Made by a program: the position numbers and the translations under genes. A model generated the notes under the pieces. That model worked only from the letters and a program-made list of their open reading frames with translations. It ran no database searches and was not told where the DNA came from. A DNA stretch of 60,159 nucleotides, the filler included. It is 6 parts of 6 records of this genome, joined end to end, with 100 filler letters (N's around TTAATTAATTAA, not from the genome) between each part and the next. Parts side by side here need not be neighbours in the genome. Positions count along the whole stretch, not along the records: positions 34,133 to 44,335 come from SRR31156797_36786; positions 44,436 to 51,943 come from SRR31156797_36791; 4 more parts are not named here. The stretch is one strand, 5' to 3'. Every line of letters begins with the position of its first letter. The stretch's first letter is position 1. This document shows, one piece after another, positions 40,300-50,859 of the stretch.

Positions 40300-40998
40300 A
40301 TGCAAAAAATTGCAATCATCCCCGCCAGGGGCGGGTCAAAACGTCTGCCGAGGAAAAATATCCTGCCTGTTCTGGGAAAACCCATGCTCTCTTATCCGGT
40401 TGCGGCGGCACTGGAGAGTCAATTGTTTGATCAGGTCATTGTTTCAACTGAGGATGAGGAGATCCGGTCCGTGGCCCTTCAAAGCGGCGCACGGGTTATG
40501 GGACGGCCTGAAAATCTGGCCCGGGACAGATCAACGGTTGCCCAGGTATGCCAAAATGTGATTGAGGTCATTGGGCAGAAAGAAGAGACGCCGCCATGGT
40601 TCTGCTGCATTTATGCCACGGCCGTTTTTCTTACCTCCCAAGATTTGACAGCCTCTTTTCAGCTTTTGGATCTATTTCCCGAGGCCAATGTGATCATGGG
40701 GGTTTCCCGGTATAATCTTCAGCCTGTTCAGGCTCTGGCTGCCGCTAAAAACGGGTTTTTGGCCCCCCAATGGCCGGAGTATAAGGGGGTGCAGTCCCAG
40801 TTTCATCCTGATCTTGTGGCCAGTAACGGTACCTTGTACTGGGCCAAAACCAAAGATTTTTTAAAAAACCGGACGTTTTATACCGATAAACTGGCAGGGT
40901 ATGAAATCCCCTGGATCCGGGCCATTGACCTTGATACGCCCGAGGATTATGAAACGGCCCGATTAATGGCCCCCCTGCTGCTCAATGGAGGTGTCTGA
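40300..40998 (+). CDS. pseF: Pseudaminic acid/acylneuraminate cytidylyltransferase
   Basis: IIPARGGSKRLPRKNI, VSTED, CCIYATA, DLDTPED. Confidence 0.88.
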   Translation: MQKIAIIPARGGSKRLPRKNILPVLGKPMLSYPVAAALESQLFDQVIVSTEDEEIRSVALQSGARVMGRPENLARDRSTVAQVCQNVIEVIGQKEETPPWFCCIYATAVFLTSQDLTASFQLLDLFPEANVIMGVSRYNLQPVQALAAAKNGFLAPQWPEYKGVQSQFHPDLVASNGTLYWAKTKDFLKNRTFYTDKLAGYEIPWIRAIDLDTPEDYETARLMAPLLLNGGV

Positions 40999-41000
40999 GG

Positions 41001-41591
41001 CTAACGGTTCAAGGCCTTTCCTCTTATTTGGTCAACAGGGGTTTCCCAGCCCTTTTCAGCGATCAGGTAAAGGAAATGGTTTTTATCCTTTGAGGTGTGG
41101 AATGACCCTGTTCCCCGCTTCTGGGGGGCCGGGGGGATGCTGCCATTGTAGATATTGTCCCAGGAGGCCATCAATAGCTGAACAATGCCTTGGTTTAATT
41201 GGTCATAGGTTGAGGATAATGTCCCGCCTTTAAAAACGTATTCTTTTTGAACGAGAATATCCCCTGTGTCCAGTCCTGGGTCCACACAATGGATGGTGAC
41301 ACCCTTTGGAGAATCCTCAAGAAAACTCCATAGATTGGGATCAGCCCCCCGGTTCCAGGGCAGCAGGGAAATGTGAAGATTGATGATTCTGCCCGGAAAC
41401 AGATCGATCACCTCTTTTTGAATCATATGCCGATATCTGTAGCTGATGATGAACCCTATGTTATGCCGGGAAAAAAAATCAATGGACAGGGCAGACTGCT
41501 TAACCATGGTATGGAAAGATTTTTTTTTAAAAAAATGAATAAGGGTATCGGGAATATCTCCGACAAGCAGAAGGGTTTTTGTATCGGGCAT
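41001..41591 (-). CDS. Sugar N-formyltransferase
   Basis: SYRYRH, INLHISLLPWNRGADPN, GVTIH, DPGLDTGDI. Confidence 0.9.
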   Translation of the reverse strand: MPDTKTLLLVGDIPDTLIHFFKKKSFHTMVKQSALSIDFFSRHNIGFIISYRYRHMIQKEVIDLFPGRIINLHISLLPWNRGADPNLWSFLEDSPKGVTIHCVDPGLDTGDILVQKEYVFKGGTLSSTYDQLNQGIVQLLMASWDNIYNGSIPPAPQKRGTGSFHTSKDKNHFLYLIAEKGWETPVDQIRGKALNR

Positions 41592-41607
41592 CAGTATCCT
41601 CCTGGCG

Positions 41608-42660
41608 TTAAGCGATCATGTCCTTGGAAAGGGGGGTGCCTCTTTTGATCTCTTTGGCAGCCGTTTTTTCCATGATTTTGAAAAAATAACGGGGGTGCAT
41701 GCCGAAACCGGGTCTTATGGACCGGACATTTTCCGGTGTAAAAGCCTCTCCTTTACCGATATCCTTTACGGCAAACAAAGACCGTCTGAATATCCTGCTT
41801 TTTTTTTGGTTTTCGGTTATTTCATAGGATATCTCCCCCATGGCCTTTTCCATGATTCTGATCCGGTCTACCATTTCCCTGAATTCTCCGGGCTCGATGG
41901 AAAAGGCATTGTCCGGTCCGGGTTCGTTTCTGGACAGGGTAAAATGCTTTTCAATAATCGATGCGCCCAATGCTATTGCGCCGAGGGTGACCGTATCTCC
42001 CAATGTATGGTCTGAAATGCCTACCGGGCAGTTAAACTGGGCTTTCAAATGGGGGATGGTTCTCAGGTTGGCTTCCTCGGGAGGGGCTGGGTAGGCACTG
42101 GTGCATTTTAACAGGGCCAATTGGGGGCATCCGTTATTTGTCAGCGTGAGTACGGCTTCTGATATCTCATCAAAAGAGGCCATCCCGGTTGAGAGGATCA
42201 CCGGTTTTCCGGTTTTGGCAATCTTTGTGAGCAACGGAATATCAACTATTTCAAAAGAGGCGACTTTGTATGCGGGAACGGCCAGTTTTTCTAAAAAATC
42301 AACTGCATTGTTGTCAAAAGGAGTTGAAAAAAGGTCCAGGCCGTATTCTTGGGCCACTTGTTGCAATTTGCCGGTCCATTCCCAGGGGGTGGATGCCTCG
42401 GAATAAAGTTCAAAAAGGGTTTTTCCTTTCCAGATGGTATCCTGGAGTCTGAAATATTTCTTTGGGGAATCGATGGTAAGGCTTTCTGCCGTGTAGGTCT
42501 GAAGCTTGACCGCATCGGCCCCTGCCTCTGCCGCAGCTTTGATAATGCTCACGGCCTTGTCAAAATTCTGGTTATGGTTTGCCGACATCTCGGCAATAAT
42601 ATAGGCGGGACGGCCTTTGCCGATTTGTCTGGTATTGATCTTCAAGGTTGAGATGCTCAT
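41608..42660 (-). CDS. pseI: Pseudaminic acid synthase
   Basis: IAEMSANHN, KLQTYTA, TPWEW, KVASFE, LKCTSAYP, SDHTLG, EKHFTL, SAF domain SIRPGFG. Confidence 0.95.
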   Translation of the reverse strand: MSISTLKINTRQIGKGRPAYIIAEMSANHNQNFDKAVSIIKAAAEAGADAVKLQTYTAESLTIDSPKKYFRLQDTIWKGKTLFELYSEASTPWEWTGKLQQVAQEYGLDLFSTPFDNNAVDFLEKLAVPAYKVASFEIVDIPLLTKIAKTGKPVILSTGMASFDEISEAVLTLTNNGCPQLALLKCTSAYPAPPEEANLRTIPHLKAQFNCPVGISDHTLGDTVTLGAIALGASIIEKHFTLSRNEPGPDNAFSIEPGEFREMVDRIRIMEKAMGEISYEITENQKKSRIFRRSLFAVKDIGKGEAFTPENVRSIRPGFGMHPRYFFKIMEKTAAKEIKRGTPLSKDMIA

Positions 42661-42671
42661 GGTCCTTCCCT

Positions 42672-43706
42672 TTAATTGGTCAAGTGAAGATATTTTACAA
42701 TTTTGTCCGCCCCATTTCCGGGCACAAGCTGTCTGCTGTTTTCTGAGAGGGTTTTCCGCTTTTTTTTGTTGTGGATAAGGCTGTCTAAGTTCTGGGAAAG
42801 TTCCTGCAGTTTAATATCCTTATACCAGCCGGCATAAACGCCTGCCCCTGCCTGGTCTAAGGCCGGACTGATTCCCCTTTGATTTTCTGCAATGCTGACA
42901 TAAAGACTTGGCACTCCCATAAAGGATAGTTCCCATGTTGTGCTGCCCCCGGCTGAAACTGCCAGGTCAGCCCATTCCATGAGTGCCGGCATCTTGTCGG
43001 TGGCTCTGATGATCCGGATCCTTGCATTTGATTTTTCTGATTCTCTGGCCAGAGAATCAAAATGGGGATTGGCGTGTCCGACAATTATCCGGATGGTGGA
43101 TGAGTTCAGATCAAGCCGGTTCATTGCTTTGAGTATTTTCAGGCTGGTATTGTCCGGGTCTGCCCCTCCCATGGTGATTAATATGTTTTTTGCCGTATGG
43201 GGAAAATTTCTTTTGGTTTTCGTTCTTTGGGAAAATTCGTTTCGAAGCAGGGCAAATTGCGGGCCCAGAAGCTTAATGGTATTTTCGGGGCAGCCATAGG
43301 CCAGTGATTCAGCGCCGAGATTCTGGTTCAATAATATATCTGCGTCATAGTAAGGCAAATGATTATAATCGTCCAATACCAATAGCCCGGCCCCTGTACT
43401 TCGGATGGATTGGTGATCCTTGGCGCTGAATTGGTATCCGTCCAGGACAACCCAGCCGGTTAGATCATTTTTAATGATGGGTTTAATTCCATCCATGTCC
43501 AAGGGGGGAGGGCATTGGGCGGGGATATACTCAAATCCTTCGGCCTGTAATCTGCCGACAAGCCCGGGGCTGTCGACAGATGAAATAAATACGACCTTTC
43601 CCCCCTGCCTTTTCCATGCCTGACCGATGGCGATGCAGCGCATGACATGTCCTGCCCCCATTATCCCGTCGGCATCTGCCCTGATTACCATCTTATTTTT
43701 CAACAT
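42672..43706 (-). CDS. pseG: UDP-2,4-diacetamido-2,4,6-trideoxy-beta-L-altropyranose hydrolase
   Basis: RADA...GAGHVMRC, VLDGY, LNQN, MGGADP, AGGSTTWE, AENQ. Confidence 0.93.
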   Translation of the reverse strand: MLKNKMVIRADADGIMGAGHVMRCIAIGQAWKRQGGKVVFISSVDSPGLVGRLQAEGFEYIPAQCPPPLDMDGIKPIIKNDLTGWVVLDGYQFSAKDHQSIRSTGAGLLVLDDYNHLPYYDADILLNQNLGAESLAYGCPENTIKLLGPQFALLRNEFSQRTKTKRNFPHTAKNILITMGGADPDNTSLKILKAMNRLDLNSSTIRIIVGHANPHFDSLARESEKSNARIRIIRATDKMPALMEWADLAVSAGGSTTWELSFMGVPSLYVSIAENQRGISPALDQAGAGVYAGWYKDIKLQELSQNLDSLIHNKKKRKTLSENSRQLVPGNGADKIVKYLHLTN

Positions 43707-43863
43707 TTTTCCACCATCTATGAAAGGCGCTTATTCCATGGTTTCATACCATTTGCTGTCAGTTTAGTTATATTGGAACCATAAAACAAGGCGTAATTCC
43801 ATTGTACCGTAACGGCGAATCAGATATAAAAAGTATACCATTACCTTATTTAGGAGAGTTGTC

Positions 43864-44335
43864 ATGAGTGTTAGACTTGGAAATAAAATGATTGGAGATG
43901 ACCATCCGGTTTTTATCGTGTTTGAGGCCGGCCCGACCCATGATGGTATTGAATCGGCAAAGCGCCTGGCCCGATATGCCGCAGAGGCCGGTGCCGATGC
44001 CATTAAATTTCAAATTGTCGACCCAGAACGGCTTGTGCCGGATAAAACCCAGCTTTTTTCCTATGAGGTCCTCCTTGATAAAGACACCGGCCGGCGTCAG
44101 AATAAAACCGAACCCCTGTATGATATTTTAATGCGCCGGTATCTGACATTTGAGCAATGGGAGGAGGTCAAGACCTATTGTGATGACTTGGGCATTGCCT
44201 TTTTTTCTACGGTTACCTTTGTGGAAGAGGTGGATTTTTTAAAAAAAATAGGGGTTGAAACGGTTAAAATCTGCTCGGGGGACGTGAGTCACCTGCCCTT
44301 TATACGGTATTGCGCCGAAACCGGGATGAGCATCC
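43864..44335 (+). CDS. Second NeuB/SpsE-family nonulosonic acid synthase, 3' truncated
   Basis: VFEAGPTHDG, AGADAIKFQ, FFSTV, KICSGD. Confidence 0.88.
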
Positions 44336-44435
44336 NNNNNNNNNNNNNNNNNNNNNNNNNNNNNNNNNNNNNNNNNNNNTTAATTAATTAANNNNNNNNN
44401 NNNNNNNNNNNNNNNNNNNNNNNNNNNNNNNNNNN
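44336..44435. other. Artificial contig linker
   Basis: 44 N + TTAATTAATTAA + 44 N. Confidence 0.99.
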
Positions 44436-44908
44436 GTCAGGTACTTGACCTGATTGAGCGCGAAGCTGGAACGGATATTGGCGACGCCGGGAATGCGGGT
44501 CAGGTGATCCATTAGAAAGGACCGGAACTCGGCGACGTCGCGGGCGACGACGCGCAGCATGTAATCGCTATCGCCGGTCATCAGATAACATTCCATGACC
44601 TCGGGCAGGCCGGCGATGACGCTTTCGAAAACCTCGAGATCCTGTTCCGCCTGTTTTTCCAGGGTGACGCTGATGAAGACGCTGACCGGCAGGCCGGCGG
44701 CCTCGGGATCGACGATCATCGCATAGCGCTGAATGATGCCGGATTGTTCGAGATCGCGGACCCGGCGCGAGCAGGCCGACGCCGACAGGCCGACATCGCG
44801 GGCGAGATCGGCATTCGATATCCGGGCGTTCTGCTGCAGGCCCAGGAGGATTTTTCGGTCGATTGCGTCCAGCGGCTGTTTTTGCACGAATTCGTCCTTT
44901 TGCCCCAT
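44436..44908 (-). CDS. Lrp/AsnC family regulator, 3' end truncated
   Basis: LDAIDRKIL, VGLSASACSRRVRDLE, ECYLMTGDSDY. Confidence 0.95.
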
Positions 44909-45036
44909 TCAAACGATGAATCATTGCTTAACAATGCCATGACTGCGCAACCTTCGCAACAAACGACGGTGGCGTGCGTGGTATTCTCGGAGGGCCTGAA
45001 GGACCGCCTTCGGGCTCGAAGAAAAGGACGCAAGTC

Positions 45037-47415
45037 ATGCCCTCGCCGGCTCGTAAAAACGGCAAAACCAAGAACGGCGGCATAACGTCGGATACCCTGG
45101 CCACATTGAAGGAACTTGAGCGCAAAGTGCTGTGGCTATCGAGCTGGATGATCCATCACGCCAATCATGTGCGTCCATCGAAAAACGGGCTCAAGGTCGG
45201 CGGCCACCAGGCTTCGTGCGCTTCCGCGGCAACGGCGCTGACGGCGCTTTATCTGAACGTGCTCGGCCCCGACGACCGGGTCGCGGTGAAACCCCACGCG
45301 GCGCCGGTGTTCCACGCCCTGCAGTTTCTGTTGGGCAAGGAACCGTTGGACCGACTGGTCAATTTTCGGGCATTGGGCGGGGCGCAGTCCTATCCGTCGC
45401 GCACCAAGGATTTGGGCGACGTCGCCTTTTCCACCGGCTCGGTCGGCCTGGGTGTGGCAACGACATTGTTCGCGTCCCTGGTCCAGGATTATGTGCGCCT
45501 GCAAGGATTGGTTCCGAACCACCGGCCGATGGGACGCATGGTCGCGGTGATGGGCGATGCCGAACTGGACGAAGGCAACGTCTTCGAGGCGTTGCTCGAG
45601 GGCTGGAAGCACGACGTGCGCAATCTTTGGTGGGTGATCGATTACAATCGCCAGAGCCTGGACGGCGTCATCAACGATTTCCTGTTCAAGAAGATCAAGG
45701 ACTTCTTCCGCACCGTCGGCTGGAAGGTGGTCATCCTTAAATACGGCAAGCGCCTGGAAGCCGCCTTCGAAGGTCCGGCCGGCGAGGCGCTCAAACGCTG
45801 GATCGACGAATGCCCGAATCCGCTTTATTCGGCCCTATGTTTCAAGGGCGGTGCGGCTTGGCGCGAGCATCTTTCCAACGACCTTCGCGGCGCCAGTGGG
45901 TTCAAGACCTTCCTCGACGGCCACGACGATGCTTCGTTGCACGCGCTGATGACCAACCTGGCCGGTCACGATATGGAATCGGTGCTGGAGGCCTTCCACG
46001 CGGTCCGGTCGGACGCGCCGCATTGTTTCGTCGCCTATACCATCAAGGGCATGGGGCTGCCGCTGGCCGGACACAAGGACAACCATGCCGGCCTGATGAC
46101 GCCCGATCAGATGGCCGGATTCCAGGCCGATCTGGGCATCGCCGAAGGCGACGAGTGGGACCCCTTTGCGGGGCTTGCGACCGAACCCACCAAGTTGCGC
46201 ACCTTTCTATCGTCGCTGCCGCTGGCGCCCGACCGCCAGCCGTCGCGTCCGGTGCCGCGCATTGCCGTCAGCGCCATCGAACCGCCAACCGCCGAGAAAA
46301 TTTCGACCCAGGACGCCTTCGGCCGGATCATGACCGAACTGGGCAAACGCGATGACGACCTGGGCAAGCGCATCGTCACGACATCGCCGGACGTCACCGT
46401 TTCCACCAACCTCGGCGGCTGGGTCAATCAGAAGCGGCTTTTCCACCGCGACCGGCAACGCGACGTCTTCCGCCTCGAGGGCGTGCCGTCGCCGCAGCGC
46501 TGGGGCCGCTGGCCCGAGGGCCAGCACATCGAACTGGGTATCGCCGAAAACAATCTGTTCCTTCTGCTTGCCGCGCTCGGCCTGTCGGACCGGCTGTTCG
46601 GAGCGCGCCTGCTTCCCGTGGGAGCGCTCTACGATCCCTTCATCGCGCGCGGTTTGGATGCCTTGAACTACGGCTGTTATGCCGATTCCCGGTTCATGGT
46701 GGTCGGCACACCGTCGGGCATCTCGCTGGCGCCGGAAGGCGGCGCCCACCAATCGATCACGACGCCGTTGATCGGCCTCGGCCAAGACGGCCTGACCGCT
46801 TTCGAACCGGCCTTCGCCGACGAATTGGCGGCGGTCATGCAATGGGGCTTCGATCATATGCAGGCACCGGACGGCGGCGCCGTCTATCTGCGGCTGTCGA
46901 CCCGGGCGATTGCGCAGCCCAGTCGGCCGATGGACGAGGCTTTGCGCGGGGACATTCTTTCCGGCGCCTACTGGCGCCAAGCACCGGCGCCGGGTGCCGA
47001 ACTGGCCATTATCTATAGCGGCGTCGTCGCGCCCGAAGCGGAAGAGGCGTTTGCACAGATCCGCGAGGACATTCCGGGTGCCGGACTTCTGGCCGTGACC
47101 TCGGCCGACCGGCTTCATGCCGATTGGCTGGCATCGGGCAAGGAGGCAACCAACGGCAAACAACCGTCGCGGATCGAACGCCTGCTCGCGCCTCTATCAC
47201 CGCAGGCGTCGCTGATCACGGTTATCGACGGCCATCCGGCAACGCTTTCGTGGATCGGCGGCGCCACCTGCCGGCGGGTCCATCCGCTGGGGGTCAGCCG
47301 GTTCGGCCAATCGGGCGACCTGGCGGATCTTTATGCGGCTTATGGTATCGACAGCGCCGCCATATTGGACGCGGCAGCCGGGGCCTGCCTGTCGCGCCTT
47401 CGACCGGTTGCGTAA
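45037..47415 (+). CDS. ThDP-dependent 2-oxoacid dehydrogenase E1 (AceE/MdeB-like, transketolase-like)
   Basis: KVGGHQAS, QSYPS, STGSVGLG, GDAELDEG...YNRQSLD, ELGIAE, PEGGAHQS, FGQSG. Confidence 0.9.
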   Translation: MPSPARKNGKTKNGGITSDTLATLKELERKVLWLSSWMIHHANHVRPSKNGLKVGGHQASCASAATALTALYLNVLGPDDRVAVKPHAAPVFHALQFLLGKEPLDRLVNFRALGGAQSYPSRTKDLGDVAFSTGSVGLGVATTLFASLVQDYVRLQGLVPNHRPMGRMVAVMGDAELDEGNVFEALLEGWKHDVRNLWWVIDYNRQSLDGVINDFLFKKIKDFFRTVGWKVVILKYGKRLEAAFEGPAGEALKRWIDECPNPLYSALCFKGGAAWREHLSNDLRGASGFKTFLDGHDDASLHALMTNLAGHDMESVLEAFHAVRSDAPHCFVAYTIKGMGLPLAGHKDNHAGLMTPDQMAGFQADLGIAEGDEWDPFAGLATEPTKLRTFLSSLPLAPDRQPSRPVPRIAVSAIEPPTAEKISTQDAFGRIMTELGKRDDDLGKRIVTTSPDVTVSTNLGGWVNQKRLFHRDRQRDVFRLEGVPSPQRWGRWPEGQHIELGIAENNLFLLLAALGLSDRLFGARLLPVGALYDPFIARGLDALNYGCYADSRFMVVGTPSGISLAPEGGAHQSITTPLIGLGQDGLTAFEPAFADELAAVMQWGFDHMQAPDGGAVYLRLSTRAIAQPSRPMDEALRGDILSGAYWRQAPAPGAELAIIYSGVVAPEAEEAFAQIREDIPGAGLLAVTSADRLHADWLASGKEATNGKQPSRIERLLAPLSPQASLITVIDGHPATLSWIGGATCRRVHPLGVSRFGQSGDLADLYAAYGIDSAAILDAAAGACLSRLRPVA

Positions 47416-47523
47416 GCCGACTGGATCGGGTTCCTTCCCTTGACGGTTGCCCTCGGACGTTTTCATCTGTTGAATAAGCTAAGGGTGCCGGCACCTTCCG
47501 GCGACGACAGAGGGAGGCAAAAC

Positions 47524-48483
47524 ATGAAACCCGTTGTCCTGGTCACGCGCAAACTTCCCGACGCGGTGGAAGCCCGCCTGAGCCGCGATTACGATGCCCG
47601 TCTCAATCCCGACGACAAGCTGTATACGGCCGACGACATCATCGCGATGGCCGAGGGCGCCGACGCCATCCTGCCGTGTCATACCGAAAAATTCACCGCC
47701 GAGGTGATCGAACGTCTGCCGGCCTGCGTCAAGGCGATCGCCAATTTCTCGGTCGGTTACGACCATGTCGATACCGAAGCCGCCAAGAAGCGCGGCCTTA
47801 TCGTCACCAACACCCCGGATGTGCTGTCCGACGCCACCGCCGAACTGACCATCATGCTGATGCTGGGCGCGGCAAGGCGGGCCAGCGAGGGCGAACGGCT
47901 GGTCCGCACCCGCGAATGGAAGGACTGGAGCCCCAGTTTCATGGTCGGCATCCAGATGACCGGTAAGCGCCTTGGTATTCTCGGGTTTGGCCGGGTCGGC
48001 CGGGTCGTCGCCGAGCGGGCGCGCGGCTTTGACATGGAAATCCACTATACCGATGTAAACCGTCTGCCGGTGGACCTGGAGAACGGCGCCGTCTTCCACG
48101 AAACGCCCGAAGACCTGTTGCCGCATTGCGATTTCCTGGCCATCCATTGCGTCGCGACGCCGGAAACAACTGGCCTGCTGAACGCCGAGCGAATCGCCCT
48201 TCTTCCCAACGGCGCAATCGTCACGAATGCCAGTCGCGGCGTCGTTATCGAGGACGAAGCGCTGATCGCTGCGTTGAAATCGGGCAAGGTCGCGGCCGCC
48301 GGATTGGACGTTTTCAACAACGAACCGGACATTCATCCCGGCTATCGCGAACTGACCAACGTCTTTTTGATGCCGCATATCGGAAGCGCCACGCGGGAAA
48401 CCCGGGACGGCATGGGATTTCGCGCGCTCGACAACCTGGATGCAATATTCGCCGGCAGGGAACCGGACGACCGCGTCGCCTGA
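47524..48483 (+). CDS. D-2-hydroxyacid dehydrogenase (glyoxylate/hydroxypyruvate reductase-like)
   Basis: VTNTPDVL, GFGRVG, NASRG, GLDVFNNEP, PHIGSAT. Confidence 0.93.
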   Translation: MKPVVLVTRKLPDAVEARLSRDYDARLNPDDKLYTADDIIAMAEGADAILPCHTEKFTAEVIERLPACVKAIANFSVGYDHVDTEAAKKRGLIVTNTPDVLSDATAELTIMLMLGAARRASEGERLVRTREWKDWSPSFMVGIQMTGKRLGILGFGRVGRVVAERARGFDMEIHYTDVNRLPVDLENGAVFHETPEDLLPHCDFLAIHCVATPETTGLLNAERIALLPNGAIVTNASRGVVIEDEALIAALKSGKVAAAGLDVFNNEPDIHPGYRELTNVFLMPHIGSATRETRDGMGFRALDNLDAIFAGREPDDRVA

Positions 48484-48919
48484 CCCGATGAAAAGTACCG
48501 GGTCGGCTTAGGTGTGGCTCAGACCGGGTCACCCTTCCGGCAAAGGTGGTAGCGGCACCATTTTACCAATCCAGAGTGTAATTCCATGCGAGGGAATTCC
48601 CGTTCCCGGCGCGCCCGGGCATACGGCCGTTTTTGTTCTTTATCGCTAGTTAATTGCAATGAAAGAAGAATTTCCAGTCGTCTCAAATGACGAAAAGAGC
48701 AATAAAATTGCTTGAAGATGCGGTCAAAATATCAGAGGGTAATAATATTGAATAATCGTCGGATTAAGAATCATCAACGACGGCTGTTCAAAATGCGACC
48801 TCAAGAAGCAAAAGAAACCAGGAGACATACACACCGACAATTCGAAAAAAATAATGCTTTCTGGGGCACGCGCTTAAATCTTGTTTCGTGCAATTTCTCA
48901 CAAACGGGGAGGTGAGAAG

Positions 48920-50047
48920 ATGAACAAACCCAAAGATAAAGTTTCGCGCCGCAAATTCCTTAAAACTGGTGCCGTCGTCGCGGGCGGGGCAGCAGCCGCG
49001 GTTTCAATGCCGAACGTATCCCGTGCCCAAACGACGACAATCAAAATGCAAGGCGCATGGGGCGCAAACGACATCTTTAACGAGATGGCCGAACAGTACG
49101 TCCAGCGCGTCAACGAGATGGGCGGCGGACGGCTCAAGGTTGACTATCTTGTCGCCGGTTCCGTGGTCAAGGCGTTCCAGGTCATGGATGCTGTGCATCG
49201 CGGCGTCATCGACGGCGCCCACTCGGTGACCGTGTACTGGTACGGCAAGAGTAAAATCGCGTCCCTGTTCGGCACCGGTCCGGTGTTCGGCCAGAACGCC
49301 CATGAAGGTTTGGCGTGGATTCTTGCCGGTGGTGGCAAGGAGCTTTACACCAAGACCGTCGACAGGCTTGGCCTCAACGTCGTTGCTTTCTTCGCCATGC
49401 CAATGCCGACTCAGCCGCTCGGCTGGTTCAACAAGAAGATCGAAAAGGCCGAAGACATGGCCGGCCTCAAGTACCGCACGGTCGGTCTGGCCGCCGATGT
49501 GTTCCAGGAGATGGGCGTCAAAGTGACGCAGCTTCCTGGCGGCGAAATCGTACCGGCCTTGGAAAAGGGCGTGATCGAGGCGTTCGAGTTCAACAACCCG
49601 ACGTCGGATAGCCGTTTCGGCGCCGCCGACGTTTCGAAGAACTATATGATGGGCAGCTATCACCAAGCCGCCGAGTTCTTCGAGATCCTCTTCAACAAGG
49701 ACTTGTATGCCGGTTTGGCACCGGAGCAGCAGAAGGTTCTCGAGTATGCCGCGGAAGCGGCTTCCACCGCCAATTTCGCCATCGCGATGGACAACTACTC
49801 GCGCGACCTTCAGAAGCTCAAGGGTCAGGGCGTCAACGTCCACCGTACGCCTCAAGGGGTCATGTCCGATCAGCTCAAGGCCTGGGATACGGTCCTGGCG
49901 AGACTCGAAGCCGAAGACGAGCATTTCAAGGAAGTTGTGGCTTCGCTCAAGGACTGGTCGCATCGGGTTGCGTATTACGAACTTCTCAACTCGGCCGACT
50001 ACAAACTGGCCTACGATCACTACTTCCCCGGCGAGCTTGGCTTCTAG
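48920..50047 (+). CDS. dctP: TRAP solute-binding protein (TakP-like, Tat signal)
   Basis: SRRKFLK twin-arginine signal, QPLGWF, GLKYRTVGL, LPGGEIVPALEKG. Confidence 0.92.
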   Translation: MNKPKDKVSRRKFLKTGAVVAGGAAAAVSMPNVSRAQTTTIKMQGAWGANDIFNEMAEQYVQRVNEMGGGRLKVDYLVAGSVVKAFQVMDAVHRGVIDGAHSVTVYWYGKSKIASLFGTGPVFGQNAHEGLAWILAGGGKELYTKTVDRLGLNVVAFFAMPMPTQPLGWFNKKIEKAEDMAGLKYRTVGLAADVFQEMGVKVTQLPGGEIVPALEKGVIEAFEFNNPTSDSRFGAADVSKNYMMGSYHQAAEFFEILFNKDLYAGLAPEQQKVLEYAAEAASTANFAIAMDNYSRDLQKLKGQGVNVHRTPQGVMSDQLKAWDTVLARLEAEDEHFKEVVASLKDWSHRVAYYELLNSADYKLAYDHYFPGELGF

Positions 50048-50091
50048 GTCGCCGGAACGTACGGGTATGCCCGGTTTGGGCAATGGAGTAT

Positions 50092-50118
50092 CGGGGTGGT
50101 GCAATACGCGCCACCCCG
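50092..50118 (+). terminator. Intercistronic hairpin after dctP
   Basis: CGGGGTGGTGC-AATAC-GCGCCACCCCG; no U-tract, so probably mRNA-stabilising. Confidence 0.5.
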
Positions 50119-50160
50119 CCATTCCCGTAGGCGCATCTTGAGCCCAACAAGAGATTAAAC

Positions 50161-50859
50161 ATGAAACGCATCCTGGATTTTATCGAGGGGATCACCGTTT
50201 GGACCGGCAAGAGCTTCGGTTGGTGCATCCTCATCCTCGCCCTTGCCACCACCTACGAGGTGTTCGTCCGCTACGCACTACACGACCCGACGGCGTGGGC
50301 CTTCGACATTAGTTATATTATGTACGGTGCCATGTTCATGATGGCCGGCGCTTACACGCTGTCGCGCGACGCCCATGTTCGAGGCGACGTCATCTATCGG
50401 CTTTGGCCGCCGCGCATACAGGCGGGCATCGAAATAACGCTGATATTCCTTTTCCTGTTCCCCGGCATGGCCGCCATGGTCTATGCGGGCGCGGACTACG
50501 CCATGGATTCATGGCGCTGGAAGGAAGCCAGCATCAACAGCCCGATCGGGGTCCCGGTCTTTCCGCTGAAGACCCTGTTGCCGATCGCCGCCGGCGCCGT
50601 TTTCCTGCAGGGAATTGCCGAGGTCGTACGCTGCGTCATCTGCCTGCGCACCGGGCAATGGCCACCGCGCGCGCATGACGTGGAAGAGATGGAAACCGCC
50701 ATCCTCCATCAGGTTGAACACGAACGGAAGAGGAAGGCCGAACTCGCCTCAATTCGCGGGATATCGGTTGAGGAACTCGAAGACGAACTTGTCGAAAAAG
50801 AGGCCCATCTCTCCGACTCGGGCGAAAACAGCCCGGAAAAAGGAGGGCATGCAGAATGA
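50161..50859 (+). CDS. dctQ: TRAP small permease
   Basis: YEVFVRY, PTAWA, HVRGD; four transmembrane segments. Confidence 0.92.
   Translation: MKRILDFIEGITVWTGKSFGWCILILALATTYEVFVRYALHDPTAWAFDISYIMYGAMFMMAGAYTLSRDAHVRGDVIYRLWPPRIQAGIEITLIFLFLFPGMAAMVYAGADYAMDSWRWKEASINSPIGVPVFPLKTLLPIAAGAVFLQGIAEVVRCVICLRTGQWPPRAHDVEEMETAILHQVEHERKRKAELASIRGISVEELEDELVEKEAHLSDSGENSPEKGGHAE

Noticed and set aside
48484-48919. tRNA or riboswitch in the gap before dctP, and the 67-aa ORF at 48712
   Set aside because: Only short hairpins and AT-rich promoter-like DNA; no cloverleaf or known aptamer consensus.
49004-50122. 372-aa minus-strand ORF
   Set aside because: Antisense shadow of dctP.
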